In this document: positions 25,688 through 39,398 of the stretch, one piece after another
Layout: each line of letters starts with the position of its first letter
Position numbering within the stretch: position 1 is the first letter of the stretch
From: Octopus vulgaris
Lineage: Eukaryota
NCBI GenBank assembly: GCA_951406725.2
Contig: OX597824.1
Coordinates: 88,474,001-88,538,000, forward strand
DNA length: 64,000 nucleotides
Direction of reading: 5' to 3'
Program-made: the position numbers and the translations under genes
The notes under the pieces: model-generated
Told to the model about the DNA's origin: nothing
The model's input: only the letters and a program-made list of their open reading frames with translations
Databases searched by the model: none

Positions 25688-25940
25688 ATGCTAGCATGGG
25701 TTGGATCATTTTGACTGAGGGCTGGCAAACCAAATGGCTGCACCAGGCTCCAATCTTGATCTGGCAGAGTTTCTACAGCTGGATGCCCTTCCTAACTCCA
25801 ACCACTCCAAGAGTGTAGTGGGTGCTTTTACGTGCCACCGGCACGGGGGCCAGTCAGGCGGCACTGGCAATGACCTTGCTCGAATCTTTTTACACATGCC
25901 ACTGCCACAGGTGCCAGTAAGGCGACGTTGGTAATGATCA
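25688..25940 (-). mobile_element. Family E RTE-associated 3' fragment
   Basis: catgctagcatgggttgg...ggatgcccttcctaac...gtgccaccggcacg. Confidence 0.7.
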
Positions 25941-26679
25941 TTGAAATATCAAAGCTCTGTGATAATACAGGATTAATTCAAAACTATATGAATAAGAATA
26001 AATAAGTATTACATTTGACAGAATAACCTGAATACTAAAGGGTTAAATATGTTTTTTAAAAAATGCTCTAGTTATTTTAGTTGTAAATCTGAAGGTTTTT
26101 GCAAGTATTTTTAAAGTGTATTTTTTTTTTCTGATATATTCGGTGGATGATTCCTAACACTAGAATGTTCCGGAAGAGTAAACTTTAAGAATATATTTCT
26201 CAGCAATAAATAACCTCATAAAAACTTCAGCTATAAATAGAAAATATAAAAAAAGAGAAAAAAATTGTCTTCAAACATGATATGTTCAGATTTTTTGTAT
26301 AAAAACTATGTCAAGTCTATTCGAAACACCTTAATTACACAAAAAAGCATTTTAAAAGACCTTCTGGCTCGTATTGTATGTTGCTTGATTTCTAAGCAGT
26401 AGTTGTTTGTGTAGACAGATTAAACTTGAAATACTACTGGTGAGAAAGAGTAGTTGGCACAGCTAAGAATGACAAATAGGGTGAGGGTAAGAATAGGAAA
26501 GGAGAAATAAATAAATGAATGCGTGAATGTGTGTAGGTATGCCTCCATATGTTTGTATGTACAGATATATTTTCATATGTATGTATGTGTGTGTGTGTAA
26601 TGTGTGTGTTATATAATATACCATATATATTATATATTTTGTATAATTTGTACATTGTGTATTATACAATATCATACTA

Positions 26680-27045
26680 TTTTACTTGTTTCAGTCATTT
26701 GACTGTGGCCATGCTGGAGCACTGCCTTTTTTTTTTTTAGTTGAACAAATCGACCCCAGGACTTATTCTTTGTAAGCTTAGTACTTATTTTATCGGTCTC
26801 TTTTGCCGAACCGCTAAGTTACGGGGACGTAAACACACCAGCATCGGGACAAACACAGATACACAGGGGACAAACACGGATACACAGACATACACTCACA
26901 TACACATATATATATACATAGATACGACGGGCTTCTTTCAGTTTCCGTCTACCAAATCCACTCACAAGGCTTTGATTGGCCCGAGACTATAGCAGAAGAC
27001 ACTTACCCAAGGTGCCACGCAGTGGGACTGAACCCTGAACCATGT
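26680..27045 (-). mobile_element. Family B SINE (head truncated)
   Basis: Matches 59825-60200. Confidence 0.8.
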
Positions 27046-27122
27046 GCACACATATATATATATATTATTCATATCTCTCATTTGGCCATTTGAAGGTTAT
27101 ATAAACACATATGTAGAATGTA

Positions 27123-27687
27123 TTGGGTTGTCCAGAAAGTTTGTGCTGATTTATAGTAGCTTACCTTTCGACCTATTTTAGAACATGGTGGAGTCCATAA
27201 AATAGGATTTGACTACACCTCCATTTAGAGCACAGTTTAAGCTATCTTTTCGTGGAAGAAGGTTTATGTTCCTATAACTTGTGTTAATTCTGTAACCCTT
27301 TAAAATGGAAGATAAGAAAGTTCATTTTTGGCACGTGATGCTTTGGGAACCAGACAAAAATTACTACAGCTCGGCTGGGATGTGTTACCCCACCCTCCAT
27401 ATTTACCAGATATTGTTCCTTCGGATGTCCATTTATTCAGGTCTCTGCAGAATAGTCTTAATGGTAAAAATTTCAATTCCTTGGATGACATAAATTGATA
27501 CCTTGATGAATTCTTTGACATGAAACCACCTCATTTCTGGGAAGAGGGTATTTTCAAGTTAAAGGAAAGATGGAGATGCACTGTGCAATAAAATGGTTCA
27601 TATTTGGTTGATTAAAAATGTAATGGCAAGTATTTATTGACCTTTTCTTTCCTTTAAAAATCAGCACAAACTTTCTGAACAACCCAA
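27123..27687 (+). mobile_element. Internally deleted mariner with both TIRs and TA TSD
   Basis: ta|ttgggttgtccagaaagtttgtgctgattt ... aaatcagcacaaactttctgaacaacccaa|ta; residual MEDKKVHFWHVML joined to LGWDVLPHPPYLPDIVPSDVHLFRSLQ. Confidence 0.9.
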
Positions 27688-27804
27688 TATATATGTTTAT
27701 ATGCTTTGCCATGTAAAAATTAAAAGAGAACTTGATATGCACATGCATGGAAATATATCTAAAATGCAAGGGTCAAAGGTGCTTTCCAAACTATTGGCTA
27801 ATAA

Positions 27805-28015
27805 GACCGGTTTCCTGGATTCTGTGGTGTATATATCCCCCCTGAATAATACACCAGTCCATCACAGAGTTTACTCACTTACAGTTGTGTGAACTGGAGC
27901 AACATGAAATGGAGTGTCTTGCTCAAGAATACAATGCATTACCCAGTCTAGGAACTGAGACCACAGTCTTATAACCATGAATGCTATACTCTAATCACAA
28001 AACCACATGGCTCTA
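27805..28015 (-). mobile_element. Family D SINE, degenerate
   Basis: gaactggagcaacatgaaatggagtgtcttgctcaagaatacaatgc is the reverse complement of the 32309 family. Confidence 0.6.
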
Positions 28016-28614
28016 CTGGGGAATGTATAGCCAACTATATGTCACTCTGTAAAATGCTTATTTCTGATATACGTGTATTTATGAAGTGTATAGAATCAGT
28101 TCTGTATCTGTTTATGAGATGCACAGAGTATGTTATATGTTTTTACAGGAATGTTTCTTTGACTTGTTTCTGCCATTTGACAGCAGCCATGCTGGAGCAC
28201 TGCCTTTAGTCGAAGAAATTGATCCCAGGACTTATTCTTTGTAAGCCTAGTACTTATTCTATCGGTCCCTTTTACCGAACCCCTAAGTCACTGGGACGTA
28301 AACACACCAGCAGTGGTTGTCAAGCCTAGCAACAGCTTGTCTCCTACCCATCAAGCTTTGTCTTTCTGCTTCTTCCCTTCTGTCCCAATGAATTTCACTG
28401 AGTTAGAAGGGAGGAAGAATGCTATAGTTTTTTGTTTTTTTTTAAAAGGGACATCCTTTATATATGTTTGTATAGAAAAGAATTATATATATATTTGTGA
28501 ATAAAAGGATCATTGATTTATAAGTTTACAGTGAGCCAATAACTGTTTCATGGTATTTCCAACAATGAGAGGGACAAATGAATGCGTGTGTTTGTACATG
28601 CATGTGTGTGTGCT

Positions 28615-28650
<36 letters not shown>

Positions 28651-28801
28651 ACTCAGGTGGAATAAACACAACAGGATATTTTTTGTTTGATGCAGCAATT
28701 TATTGGCAGTTATTTATTGATGTGTATAATTTTCATTTATATACACCACACATGCAACAATGTGTATGTATGTGTATGTATGCATGTATGTAACTATCTA
28801 T

Positions 28802-28837
<36 letters not shown>

Positions 28838-28838
<1 letters not shown>

Positions 28839-29912
28839 CGAATCTGAATTGACAGTACCTTGGTAGTTAAAGCAATCAAGAGTATGATGGCAGGGAAAGC
28901 CCCCCGGCCCATCAGGAATCACTGCAGAGATGCTCAAAATATCTGGCAGTGTCGGCTATAGCTTAGTCACCCGTATAGTTAACCAGGTGATACACAAAGG
29001 AGTCATACCCAATGACTGGTGTTGCAGCATAATAGTCAACTGCTACAAAGGTAAAGGTGACGCTTTAGATACAAATAACTACAGAGGTATCAACTTGTTG
29101 GATCAGGTTATGAAGGTCATGGAGAGGGTCATAGCGCAACTGATTAGAGAGAGAGAGTTAGTTTAGAGGAGATGCAGTTTGGGTTCGTGCCAGGGAAAAG
29201 CACCACTGATACCATATTTCTGGTAAGATAGCTGCAGGAGAAATACCCAGCCAAAGATAAACCTCTGTACCTAGCTTTGGTTGACATGGAGAAAGCCTTT
29301 GACAGGGTCCCCCGATCCCTTATCTGGTGGTCAATGAGGAAACTAGGGATAGATGAATGGTTAGTGAGAACTGTGCAAGCCATGTACAGAGACACTGTCA
29401 GTAAGGTGAGGGTTGGCAATGAGTACAGTGAAGAATTCCAGGTAGAGGTAAGGGATCTATCAAGGTTCAGTCCTCAGCCCCCTCCTATTTATGATAGTCC
29501 TCCAGGCAATAACGGAGGAATTCAAGACAGGATGTCCCTGGGAGCTCCTCTATGCTGACGACCTTGCTCTAATTGCTGAGTTACTATCAGAACTCAAGAA
29601 GTTTCAAGTGTGGAAACAAGGATTAGAATCGAAGGGCCTTAGAATCAACCTAGCTAAAACCAAAGTCCTAATAAGTAGGATGGCAGGCAAACCACAAATC
29701 CCTTCAGGTAGATGGCCCTGCTCGATCAGTAGAAAAGGCATAGGTAGAAACTCTATAAGATGTACCCAGTGCTATGGGCACATAAGAGGTGCAGCAATAT
29801 CAAAGGATGGCTAACTGGGAAGATAGTTTTTGTATGTGGCAGATGCTCAGGGGCAATAAACAGTGAAAATATGCAGAGAACAACTTCCGCCACATTCCAA
29901 GGAGAAAAACTA
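28838..29912 (+). mobile_element. RTE-clade LINE ORF fragment (RT plus Cys-rich segment), disrupted
   Basis: ORFs 28930-29814: YKGKGDALDTNNYRGI, QFGFVPGKST, VDMEKAFDRVPR, LLYADDL, INLAKTKVL, followed by CxxC-type motifs; stops and frameshifts. Confidence 0.9.
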
Positions 29913-29913
29913 G

Positions 29914-30049
29914 TAAGCTTAGTACTTATTCTATCGGTCTCTTTTGTCGAACCGCTAAGTTATGGGAATGTAAACACACCAGCATTGGTTGTTAAGCGAT
30001 GTTGGCGGGTGGGAGACACACACAGACACACAAACATATACACACACAT

Positions 30050-30080
<31 letters not shown>

Positions 30081-30251
30081 AATATATACGACGGGCTTCT
30101 TACAGTTTCTGTCAACCAAATCCACTCACAAGGCTTTGGTTGGCCCAAGGCTATAGTAGAAAACACTTGTCTAAGGTGCCAAGCAGTGGGACTGAACCCA
30201 GAACCATGTGGTTGGTGAGCAAGCTACTTACCACACAGCCACTCCTACGCC
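29914..30251 (-). mobile_element. Family B SINE joined directly to the RTE fragment
   Basis: taagcttagtacttattctatcgg ... ccacacagccactcctacgcc. Confidence 0.8.
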
Positions 30252-30631
30252 TATATGTGCATTTATATTTTATTAATATGGCTGTGTTTGCTTCACAAGC
30301 ATAAAATACAAGGTTTAAACCCATTGGTTTCTTGAGCAATGATCTATTTAGCTTCAAGTTTTCTCTATTGAGTCCATATCTTATTAGCATATATAAGTGT
30401 ATGTATGTGTGTATGTATGTGATATACATATATAAAGATATAAGCATTTACACACACACACACACACACATGTATCTATGTGTGAGTCCTACATATATGC
30501 ATCCCACATCCATAAATGTAGGACACAGCATAAAATCAAAACCTGAGACATGTGTAACGCAAATAAATTGACAATTATTTATTTATGGAGAATGCTGATG
30601 ATGTAAAAAAAATTCTCTTTGTTCTCTTCAG

Positions 30632-30702
30632 TAGGCAGAAAAGTAGCTGATGATGTTTTTCCAGATAAATGACTATAGATTTATCTACATTAAATATTCC
30701 AG
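30632..30702 (+). other. Candidate non-coding exon
   Basis: Acceptor ttctctttgttctcttcag and donor ccag/gtatgt; stops in all three frames. Confidence 0.25.
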
Positions 30703-30704
30703 GT

Positions 30705-30935
30705 ATGTGTGTACAAGTGTGTATGTGTGTAAGTGTGTGTATGTGCATGTGTGTGAGTGTGTATATGTGCGAGTGTGTATGTGTGTAAGTGTATGTGTGT
30801 AAGTGTGTGTGTGTGTATGTGTATGTGTGTAAGTGTATGTGTGTAAGTGTGTGTGTGTATGTGTATGTATGTGTGTGTGTGTGTATATCTGTGTGAGTGT
30901 GTATGTGTGCGAGTGTGTATGTGTGTGTATGTGTA

Positions 30936-31015
<80 letters not shown>
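30705..31015. repeat. (GT)n-rich microsatellite
   Basis: Visible directly. Confidence 0.95.
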
Positions 31016-31016
<1 letters not shown>

Positions 31017-31483
31017 ACCTATATGTAAGAAATAAATGTCTCTTGACCCCAGACAGAAGATAAACTGTTTTTACTTCAAATTTTTATGAATTGTTACTGA
31101 TATTTGACAAGATGAGATGCATCAAAACCGGGAATATTTTCTTTATATGACTTTTGATTAAATTCCCTCCTAAATTGAAATGTCTTATACTTACTTCTGT
31201 GCTATTTCCACCTCCGTGTTTTATATATAAAAATTTGGTTTGTATAGATCTCTTGTCTTTTCCAGCACTTCAGCAAAAGAGACCGATAGAATAAGTACTA
31301 GGCTTACAAGGAATAAGTCCTGGGCTCGATTTGTTTGACTAAAGGTGGTGCTCCAGCATGGCTGCCGTCAAATGACTGAAACAAATAAAAGAATAAAAGA
31401 ATATATATATAACTTGCTTACTTTAAAAACAGATAAGAGATAGTAACAAGAAGGACATCTAGTTTTGTTTATAAAAAAGAATA

Positions 31484-32050
31484 TCATCATCATCATCATC
31501 ATCATCGTTTAACGTCCGTTTTCCATGCTAGCATGGGTCGGACAGTTCGACTGGGATCTGGGAAGCCAGGAGGCTGCACCAGGCTCCAGTCTGATCTGGC
31601 AGAGTTTCTACAGCTGGATGCCCTTCCTAACGCCAACCACTCCGTGAGTGTAGTGGGCGCTTTTTATGTGTCACCGGCACAGGTGCCAGAGGAGGCTGGC
31701 AAATGGCCATGATCGCTTAGTGCTTTTTATGTGCCACCAGCACAGACGCCAGTGAAAACGGCTCTGGTATCGGCCACGTTCAAATGGTATTTTTTATGTG
31801 CCACTGGCATGGGTATCACAACTACAATTTCCATTTGATTTTCATTTTGATATTGATGTTGACGTACTTGACACAAATAGGTCTCCTTAAGCACAGCAGG
31901 TCACTTTATGATCCAAGGTTAGCACAGCAGGCCGTCCTGCGAACCACGAACTCACTTCATTTGTCGGGTCTTCTCAGTCTCAGCATACCTCAGAGGTCGC
32001 AGTCTTTCGTCATTTCCTCTGTGAGGCCCAACGTGCCACCGGCACGGGTA
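31484..32050 (-). mobile_element. Family E RTE-associated 3' fragment
   Basis: (CAT)n cgtttaacgtccgttttccatgctagcatggg ... repeated gtgccaccggcac modules. Confidence 0.75.
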
Positions 32051-32308
32051 CCACATCTACAATATCCATGGTAGTACAGACAAGGCAGCAAGCTGGCCGA
32101 ATCATTAGCATGCCAGGCTAAATGCTTTGCAACATTTCATCTGTCTTTATGATCTGAGTTCAAATTCAGCCAAAGTCAGCTTTGCCTTTTGTTTTCAGAG
32201 TTGATAAAATAAGCACCAGTTGAACACTGCAGTTGATGTCATCAACTTACCCCCTTGCCCGAAAATGCTGGCCTTGTGCTGAAATTTGAAACCAATATAT
32301 GGTATCAT

Positions 32309-32816
32309 GGGGAGATGCGTGGCTTAGTGGTTAGGGTGTCAGCACCATGACTGTAAGATTGTGGTTTCGATTCCTGGACTGGGCGACGCGTTGTGTTCTT
32401 GAGCAAAACACTTCATTTCACGTTGCTCCAGTCCACTCAGCTGGCAAAAATGAGTAACACTGTGATGGACTGGTGTCTCGTCCAGCTGGGGAACACATAC
32501 ACCATAGAAACCGGGAAACCAGGTCCATGGGCCTGGCTAGGCTTTAAAAGGGCACATTTATTTTTGTGGAAGCGCGTGGCTTAGTGGTTAGGGTGTAAGC
32601 ATCATGATCGTAAGATTGTGGTTTTGATTCCTGGACTGGGCGATGCGTTGTGTTCTTGATCAAAACACTTCATTTCACGTTGCTCCAGTCCACTCAACTG
32701 GCAAAAATGAGTAACGCTGTGATGGACTGGCATCCCGTCCAGCTGGGGAACACATACGCCATAGAAACCGGAAACCGGGCCCATGAGCCTGGCTAGGCTT
32801 TAAAAGGGCACATTTA
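32309..32816 (+). mobile_element. Two head-to-tail family D SINEs
   Basis: gcgtggcttagtggttagggtgt heads at ~32317 and ~32574, each ~255 bp. Confidence 0.85.
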
Positions 32817-33404
32817 TATTATTATTTATATATTATTATTCATATGGTATCATAGATAAAAATATTTTTAAAAAAAAACAAAACAAAAAGATGAGCGTTA
32901 AACAAACAAACAAAAAATACACCCACACTCTTGCCACATGTCTTTCTGATTAAAAGCAAAAAAAAAAAAAACATGAAACCCTTTCAGCCATGTTTGCATT
33001 TAGTCATCACTCATTCTATAAATCAGTGAATGGGAAGATCTGTTGTATTGTTCTAAAGCTACATTGTGAAGTAGGAAGGGCCAAGCATTTTATGATATCA
33101 TTGGATGCCTTCATCAGAGCAAAGCACATTAATTACATTGTGTTAATATTTTTATTATGGGTTAATGAACATGGAGGAAGAAGGGTGGTATGTTGTCATT
33201 TGTTGAGTGGGTGTGCACTGCAGTGTTCTGAGATTCTTCAACAAAGGTTAATGTGTTGTTGTTTAAGTCCAGCTAAGTAAGCTCTGAATGAATAGATCTA
33301 TGTTATGAGGCATTCCAGCCATGACCATCTGCTCTTTGTTTCAGGTGCTGTCTCTATAACAATGGTATCCAAAGGCTACAAATTTTAAAACTATCTCTCT
33401 TTTA

Positions 33405-33626
33405 CTATTTTACTTTGTTTCAGTCATTTGACTGTGGCCATGCTGGAGCACCGCCTTTATAGTCGAGCAAATAATCGACCCCCAGGACTTATTCTTTGTA
33501 AGCCTAGTACTTATTCTATCAGTCCCTTTTGCTGAACCGCTAAGTTACAGGGACGTAAACACACCAGCATCGGTTGTCAAGCAATGCTGGGGGGACAAAC
33601 AGACACACAAACATATACACACACAC

Positions 33627-33680
<54 letters not shown>

Positions 33681-34040
33681 GTTAATAAAATATATGCATA
33701 TATATAAACATATATGTACGTACCTACCTCTACATGTACATATACATGCATATATGTGTACAGGACACCAAAAAGACGTCGAACACATAGAGAGACGAAA
33801 AACATAGACACAAACCAAGGAACAAGACAGGCAAAAAAAAGAGAGAGATACAGGACAATAAGCACAACGAAATATGCATATACGACGGGCTTCTTTCAGT
33901 TTCCGTCTACCAAATCCACTCACAAGGCTTTGGGCGGCCCGAGGCTATAGTAGAAGACACTTGCCCAAGGTGTCACGCAGTGGGACTGAACCCGGGACCA
34001 TGTGGTTGGTAAGCAAGCTACTTACCACACAGCCACTCCT
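33405..34040 (-). mobile_element. Family B SINE with ~190-bp cassette inserted in its TA tract
   Basis: SINE halves flank non-SINE sequence at ~33690-33875. Confidence 0.8.
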
Positions 34041-34082
34041 ATGCAAAAAATTAAAATAAGATAAAATAAAATAAAAATAAGT

Positions 34083-34420
34083 AGGTACAGGTGTGGCTGT
34101 GTGGTAAGAAGTTTGCTTCCTAACCACATTGTTCCTTGTGAGTATATTTGGTAGATGGAAACTGAAAGAAGCCCATCATGTGCATGTATGTGTGCGTGTG
34201 TGTGTGTGTGTGCATAAACGCACGTGTTTGTGTCTGTGTTTGTCCGTCATCACTGCTTGACACCTGATGTTAGTGTATTTATGATCTCATAAATTAGCAG
34301 TTTGGCAAAGAGACTGATAGAATTAATACCAGACTTAAAAACAGTGCTAGAGTTGACTAAAATTCTTCAAGGAGGTGCCCCAGCATGGCCACAGTCTGAT
34401 GACTGAAACAAGTTAAAAAA
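34083..34420 (+). mobile_element. Family B SINE, head-to-head with 33405-34040
   Basis: caggtgtggctgtgtggtaagaag head about 45 bp from the inverted head. Confidence 0.75.
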
Positions 34421-35132
34421 AGTTAAAAAAAGCAACAAAAAAATGTGTATTTTATGCATCTTCCTTGTTTTTAAAATTCCAAATTCAAATGTTTAATCCC
34501 ACCAAATATTATGAAGTGATTATCTCCCTTGTATTAACTGTCTGGTTTGGGCACTCCACATAGAGGTAAGGTATATTTGAGGAAGATTTGACCGCTACCT
34601 TCTAGCCGATCTTGTGACCTTGTAGTTCTCTCTTAGAGGTCTTGTTCATCAGCATGAAGGTTAACGTGTGTGTGTGTGTATGTGTGTTTGTGTTTGTGTG
34701 TTTTCTTGGTTGGGGCAAAATGAGAAGCAAGGCGTGATTGATTTGTTTGATGTAGGATATGAGACAGACAGGTGATGGAATGAAAAGGAGCAACGAAGAC
34801 AGCAAATGAATTCCTCGGAGAGACTTTAACTGAAGCTAATTGGAAGATATTGTTGAGGTGATCCAGGACAGAGAAGTGTGTTACAGAGAAAGTGGTTTCT
34901 TTATGTTTGCAGGTATAACTTTTCAGAGGATAGCATGTAACCTGATCATCAGGAAAGCGATTAGATTTCCAAATCAGAAATGAATAACATCTGTTGTTTT
35001 TTGTTATAGTTATGTCATTGGTCAACCCTAATCAAGATTTGCTGTAAAGAAGCCTACCAGTAAATATCATCCCGTCCTTTAGTAATATATAGTATTACAT
35101 TATATAGTACTACATATATATAGTAGTACATA

Positions 35133-35365
35133 AGGCGGCGAGCTGGCGGAATCGTTAGCATGTCAGGCGAAAGGCTTAGCAGCATTTTGGCTGCCGTTAT
35201 TTTGTTCTGAGTTCAAATTCTGCCGAGGTCGACTCTGCCTTTCATCCTTTCGGGGTCGATAAATTAAATACCAGTTACGCACTGGGGTTGATGTAACCGA
35301 TGTAAGCCCTTTGTCTGTCGTTGTTTGTCTCCTCTGTGTTTAGCCCCCTGTGGGCAATACAGAAA
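35133..35365 (+). mobile_element. Family A SINE (single body unit)
   Basis: ggcggcgagctggcggaatcgttagc ... tgtgggcaatacagaaata. Confidence 0.85.
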
Positions 35366-35404
35366 TATATATAGTCCTACATAAATATAGTACTACATAA
35401 ATAT

Positions 35405-36098
35405 ATAGGGGTTGGACAAAATAATGGAAACACCTAACATCATAGCATCATAATTTCGATATATCTATAAAACTGTCAAAAGCTTGTTTATTTTTACGTT
35501 TTTTGATTTATTATTAGTGTTGCTTAATATGTTTTGCTAAAATTGCTGTTTCTTTTCAGATATCATCAGAAAAAGGTAGTTAAAATTCATTAAAATGGCA
35601 GATCTATTGGACCTTCAAAGAGGTCAAATTGTTGGTTCTTGCATGGCAGGTGCTAGCATAATGAAAACAGCCGAAATTTTTAGTGTATCAAGAAGTACTG
35701 TCTCGAAAGTAATGACAGCCTTTGAGAAAGAGGAAAAAACCTCCTCGTCAAAACAAAACTCTGGAAGAAAACCAAAACTTTCAGATAGGGACCATCAGAC
35801 TCTTACGCGAATTGTTAGAAAAGATCACAAAAGTACAGCTCCCAAAATTACTGCAGAGCTTAATGACCACCTCGAGAACCCAGTTTTCACAAAAACTGTT
35901 TGACGGGAGCTGCACAAAGCCGGATTTCACGGGGGATGGGGGCTGCAATCAGAAAACCACTACTTTCAAAACCAAACATTGTAAAGCATTTAGAGTGGAG
36001 TAAAAACCTGCAGAATTGGTTTTTAGAGCAGTGGAAGAATGTTATTTTCTTTGACGAATCATCCTTTGCTTTGTTTCCAACCACCAAAAGAGGCATTT
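35405..36098 (+). mobile_element. Tc1-like transposon, 5' portion
   Basis: Left end tataggggttggacaaaataatggaaacacc; ORF 35595-35903 with paired-like HTH and SGRKPKLSDRD; frameshifted KPLL..EQWKNVIFFDESSF. Confidence 0.85.
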
Positions 36099-36564
36099 GA
36101 TCAATATACCTGTGCTGGGACCGTGTAAAAAGCACCTGTGCTGGTGGCACATAAAAAGCACCCAGTACACTTTGTAAAGTGAATGTTGTTAGGAAGAGCA
36201 TCCAGTCATAGAGACTTTAAACGACACTTGCATTTACTTGTTGTATACACCAAATATTTCACTACATCACATTAGCAACTTGCTTTGAGCTGGTCAAGAA
36301 GAAATTAACAGGGTAAATACTGTGATGTGATAAGGTAGAACCAGACATGTTTTGTGTCTGTGTGTGTGTATTCGTCATTCAGTGGTGTGTGTTTATGTTC
36401 TGCGACTACTGCTGTCGGTCATGTTGAATATCTGGATCTGTGTTGCCTGCTTAATTGGTGAAGTTACTGGCTGGCTGTTTCTCTCTCTTTCTTTGACTGT
36501 ATCTCATCCTTTGATGGACTGCTGTATTTATTATGGTCGTGACAGCTAGAAGGACAGACATACC

Positions 36565-36781
36565 TATAAGGGGCTAAACACAGAGAGGACAAACAAGGAC
36601 AGAGAAACGGATTAAGTCGATTACATCGACCCCACTACGTAACTGGTACTTATTTAATCGACCCTGAAAGGATGAAAGGCAAAGTCGACCTCGGAGGAAT
36701 TTGAACTCAGAACGTAATGGCAGACGAAATACCGCTAAGCATCTCGCCTGATGTGCTAACGTTTCTGCCAGCTTGCCACCT
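36565..36781 (-). mobile_element. Family A SINE with 18-bp TSD
   Basis: tagaaggacagacatacc at 36547-36564 and 36782-36799. Confidence 0.9.
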
Positions 36782-37699
36782 TAGAAGGACAGACATACCA
36801 CAGGACAAATTCCTACCTATGTAGGTCGCCTCCGGTCCACTTTGACCTTAAATGACACAGCTGAGGTTGAAGGTCAAAAGGAGACCATCCATCATTTTTT
36901 GACAGGAGAAAGAAATTTCTTTCGCACCTGTTTGGTCAGTGGTGGATCAGATGAGCGAGAATCCTTAGATTTGGTTTCGAATCTCAGCTTGGAAAAAAGA
37001 AGTGTTAGTTTTCACAAGACCATGCCAAAACAGATAATGAAACCTGGTACAGCTCCTGTCAAACCATCCGACCCATGCTAGTACGGAAAACAGACATGAA
37101 ATGATGATGATGTTATATAGATGAACAAGCAGAGAAACAGAGACAGACAGAAAGACCAACATGGATTCATGGACAGATGGACAGACAGACGAACAGATGG
37201 ATGGGCAGACAGACAGACAGACAGATTGGTTAGTAGGTTAGGAATACTAGATAGACTTATTCATTGGTATCACAAATGAAATGCCATTGATTGAGGTCAA
37301 CTTGTCTTATCAAAGTGTAGGTCATTAAACTGCACCAAAATTGCTAAATACCATGTAAATTTAGTGAGGCAGTCTGCGGCCTGGCTTTTTCTTTTGCTGT
37401 TCTGATATAATTAGGTCTTCCTGGGTTGCCGCAGGAAGATTTGTGAAGTGAAACTCGATGAGATAATTGTGTATCATTGTGGCTCTTCCTAAAGTCCAAC
37501 AATCAGCGGATGGTTAACCATCATCATCATCAGCAGCATCATCATCATCAGCAGCAGCAGCAGAGCAGAAGCAACAGCAACAGCAGCATCAGCAACTGTT
37601 TTCCATGCTGGCATGGGTTGAACAGTTTGACAGGAACTGGCAAGTCAGAAGACTGCGCCAAGCTCTGCTGTTTGCCTTTGGCATGGTTTCTACAGCTAG

Positions 37700-37747
37700 A
37701 TATACACACATATACATATGTACATACATACATACATACATACGTAC

Positions 37748-37806
<59 letters not shown>

Positions 37807-37835
37807 CATGTATGTATGTGTATATATGTATGTAT

Positions 37836-37878
<43 letters not shown>

Positions 37879-37922
37879 AATAAATATATTTATATATATA
37901 TATATGTATATGTATATATATT

Positions 37923-37975
<53 letters not shown>

Positions 37976-37998
37976 GTATATATATATGTATGCATGTA

Positions 37999-38046
<48 letters not shown>

Positions 38047-38140
38047 TATATATATGTATGTGTATGTATATGCATACACACACACAGACACACACATATA
38101 TAATATAATATATATACACACACACACATACACATGCAGA
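37700..38140. repeat. Compound TA/TG/CA microsatellite
   Basis: Visible directly. Confidence 0.95.
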
Positions 38141-38779
38141 TATGTGAAGATGATGATGATGATCATCATCATCTTCATCATCACAGTTTATTGAGGTAGA
38201 TTTTTTATGGCTAGATGTATGTGTGTGTATCATTTTGTTACGTTTGAAGATTTAAAAAAAAATATAATTAATAACTTTTAATTTAGAAAAAAAAATTTGT
38301 CTTCAAATATTATGACTGTATCAACAATCTTTTCTTAAAACATTTTTTTCAAATATATGTGTGGGTGTGGGTCTACTTGTCTATGAAAATATGCAGATAT
38401 GCAATATGTGTGTGTGTGTGTGTGTGGGGGGGGTTATGCATACGTGTGTATACATATATATGTATGTATGTCAGCAAAGTTAAAAAAACGTTACTGTGGT
38501 TGAAGTTAGTTGTTGTTTGGCAGTCATAAAAAATATCACTTCCAAAATAAATAAAATATAAAATTCTTAATTGACAAACAAGAAACTTGAAAATGTTAAA
38601 ACTCCAAACTGCGTCTTCATATTTGTATCATCTTCACTTTTTGGAAGAGCCTAAAGGTTATGGGCACACACCCACCTTCTCTTACTACGTGATAATTAAT
38701 TTTAAAAAGAACCAAGCTAAATGTTTCAACCTCCATGTTGAAATGTTAAGCTTCGCTAAATTCACTCTGTGAATAAAAT

Positions 38780-39398
38780 TGCCGGTGGCACCTAAAAAGC
38801 ACCATCTGTATGTGGCTGATGCCAGCGCCGCCTTGACTGGCTTCCGTGTTGGTGGTATGTAAAAACTGATCGTAGCCGTTGCCAGCCTCCCCTGGCACAT
38901 AAAAAGCACCATCCGTACGTGGTCGATGCCAGCACCACCTTGACTGGCTCCCATGTTGGTGGCACATAAAAGCCACCAACTTATCGTGGCCATTGCCAGC
39001 CTCCCCTGGCACCTGTGCCAGTAGCATGTAAAAATCACCATCCGTACATGGTTGATGCCAGCACCACCATGACTGGCTTCCGTGCCGGTGGCACGTAAAA
39101 AGCACCAACTGATCGTGACCGTTGCCAGCCTCCCCCGGTACCTGTGCCAGTGGCACATAAAAAGCACCAACTGATCGTGACCGTTTGCCAGCACCACCTT
39201 GACTGGCTTCCATGCCAGTGGCACGTAAAAAGCACCCACTACACTCACGAAGTGGTTGGCGTTAGGAAGGGCATCCAGCTGTAGAATCTCTGCCAGATCA
39301 GACTGGAGCCTGGTGCAGCCTCCTGGCTTCCCGGACCCTGGTCGAACTGACCAACCCATGCTAGCATGGAAAACGGACGTTAAACGATGATGATGATG
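38780..39398 (+). mobile_element. Family E RTE-associated 3' region with array of ~50-60-bp modules
   Basis: About eight ggcac(g/a)taaaaagcacca units, then the ggttggcgttaggaagggcatccagc core and a (GAT)n tail. Confidence 0.75.

Noticed and set aside
38780-39240. CRISPR-like repeat/spacer appearance
   Set aside because: Spacers are homologous to each other, repeats are degenerate, the context is a eukaryotic retroelement, and there are no cas genes.
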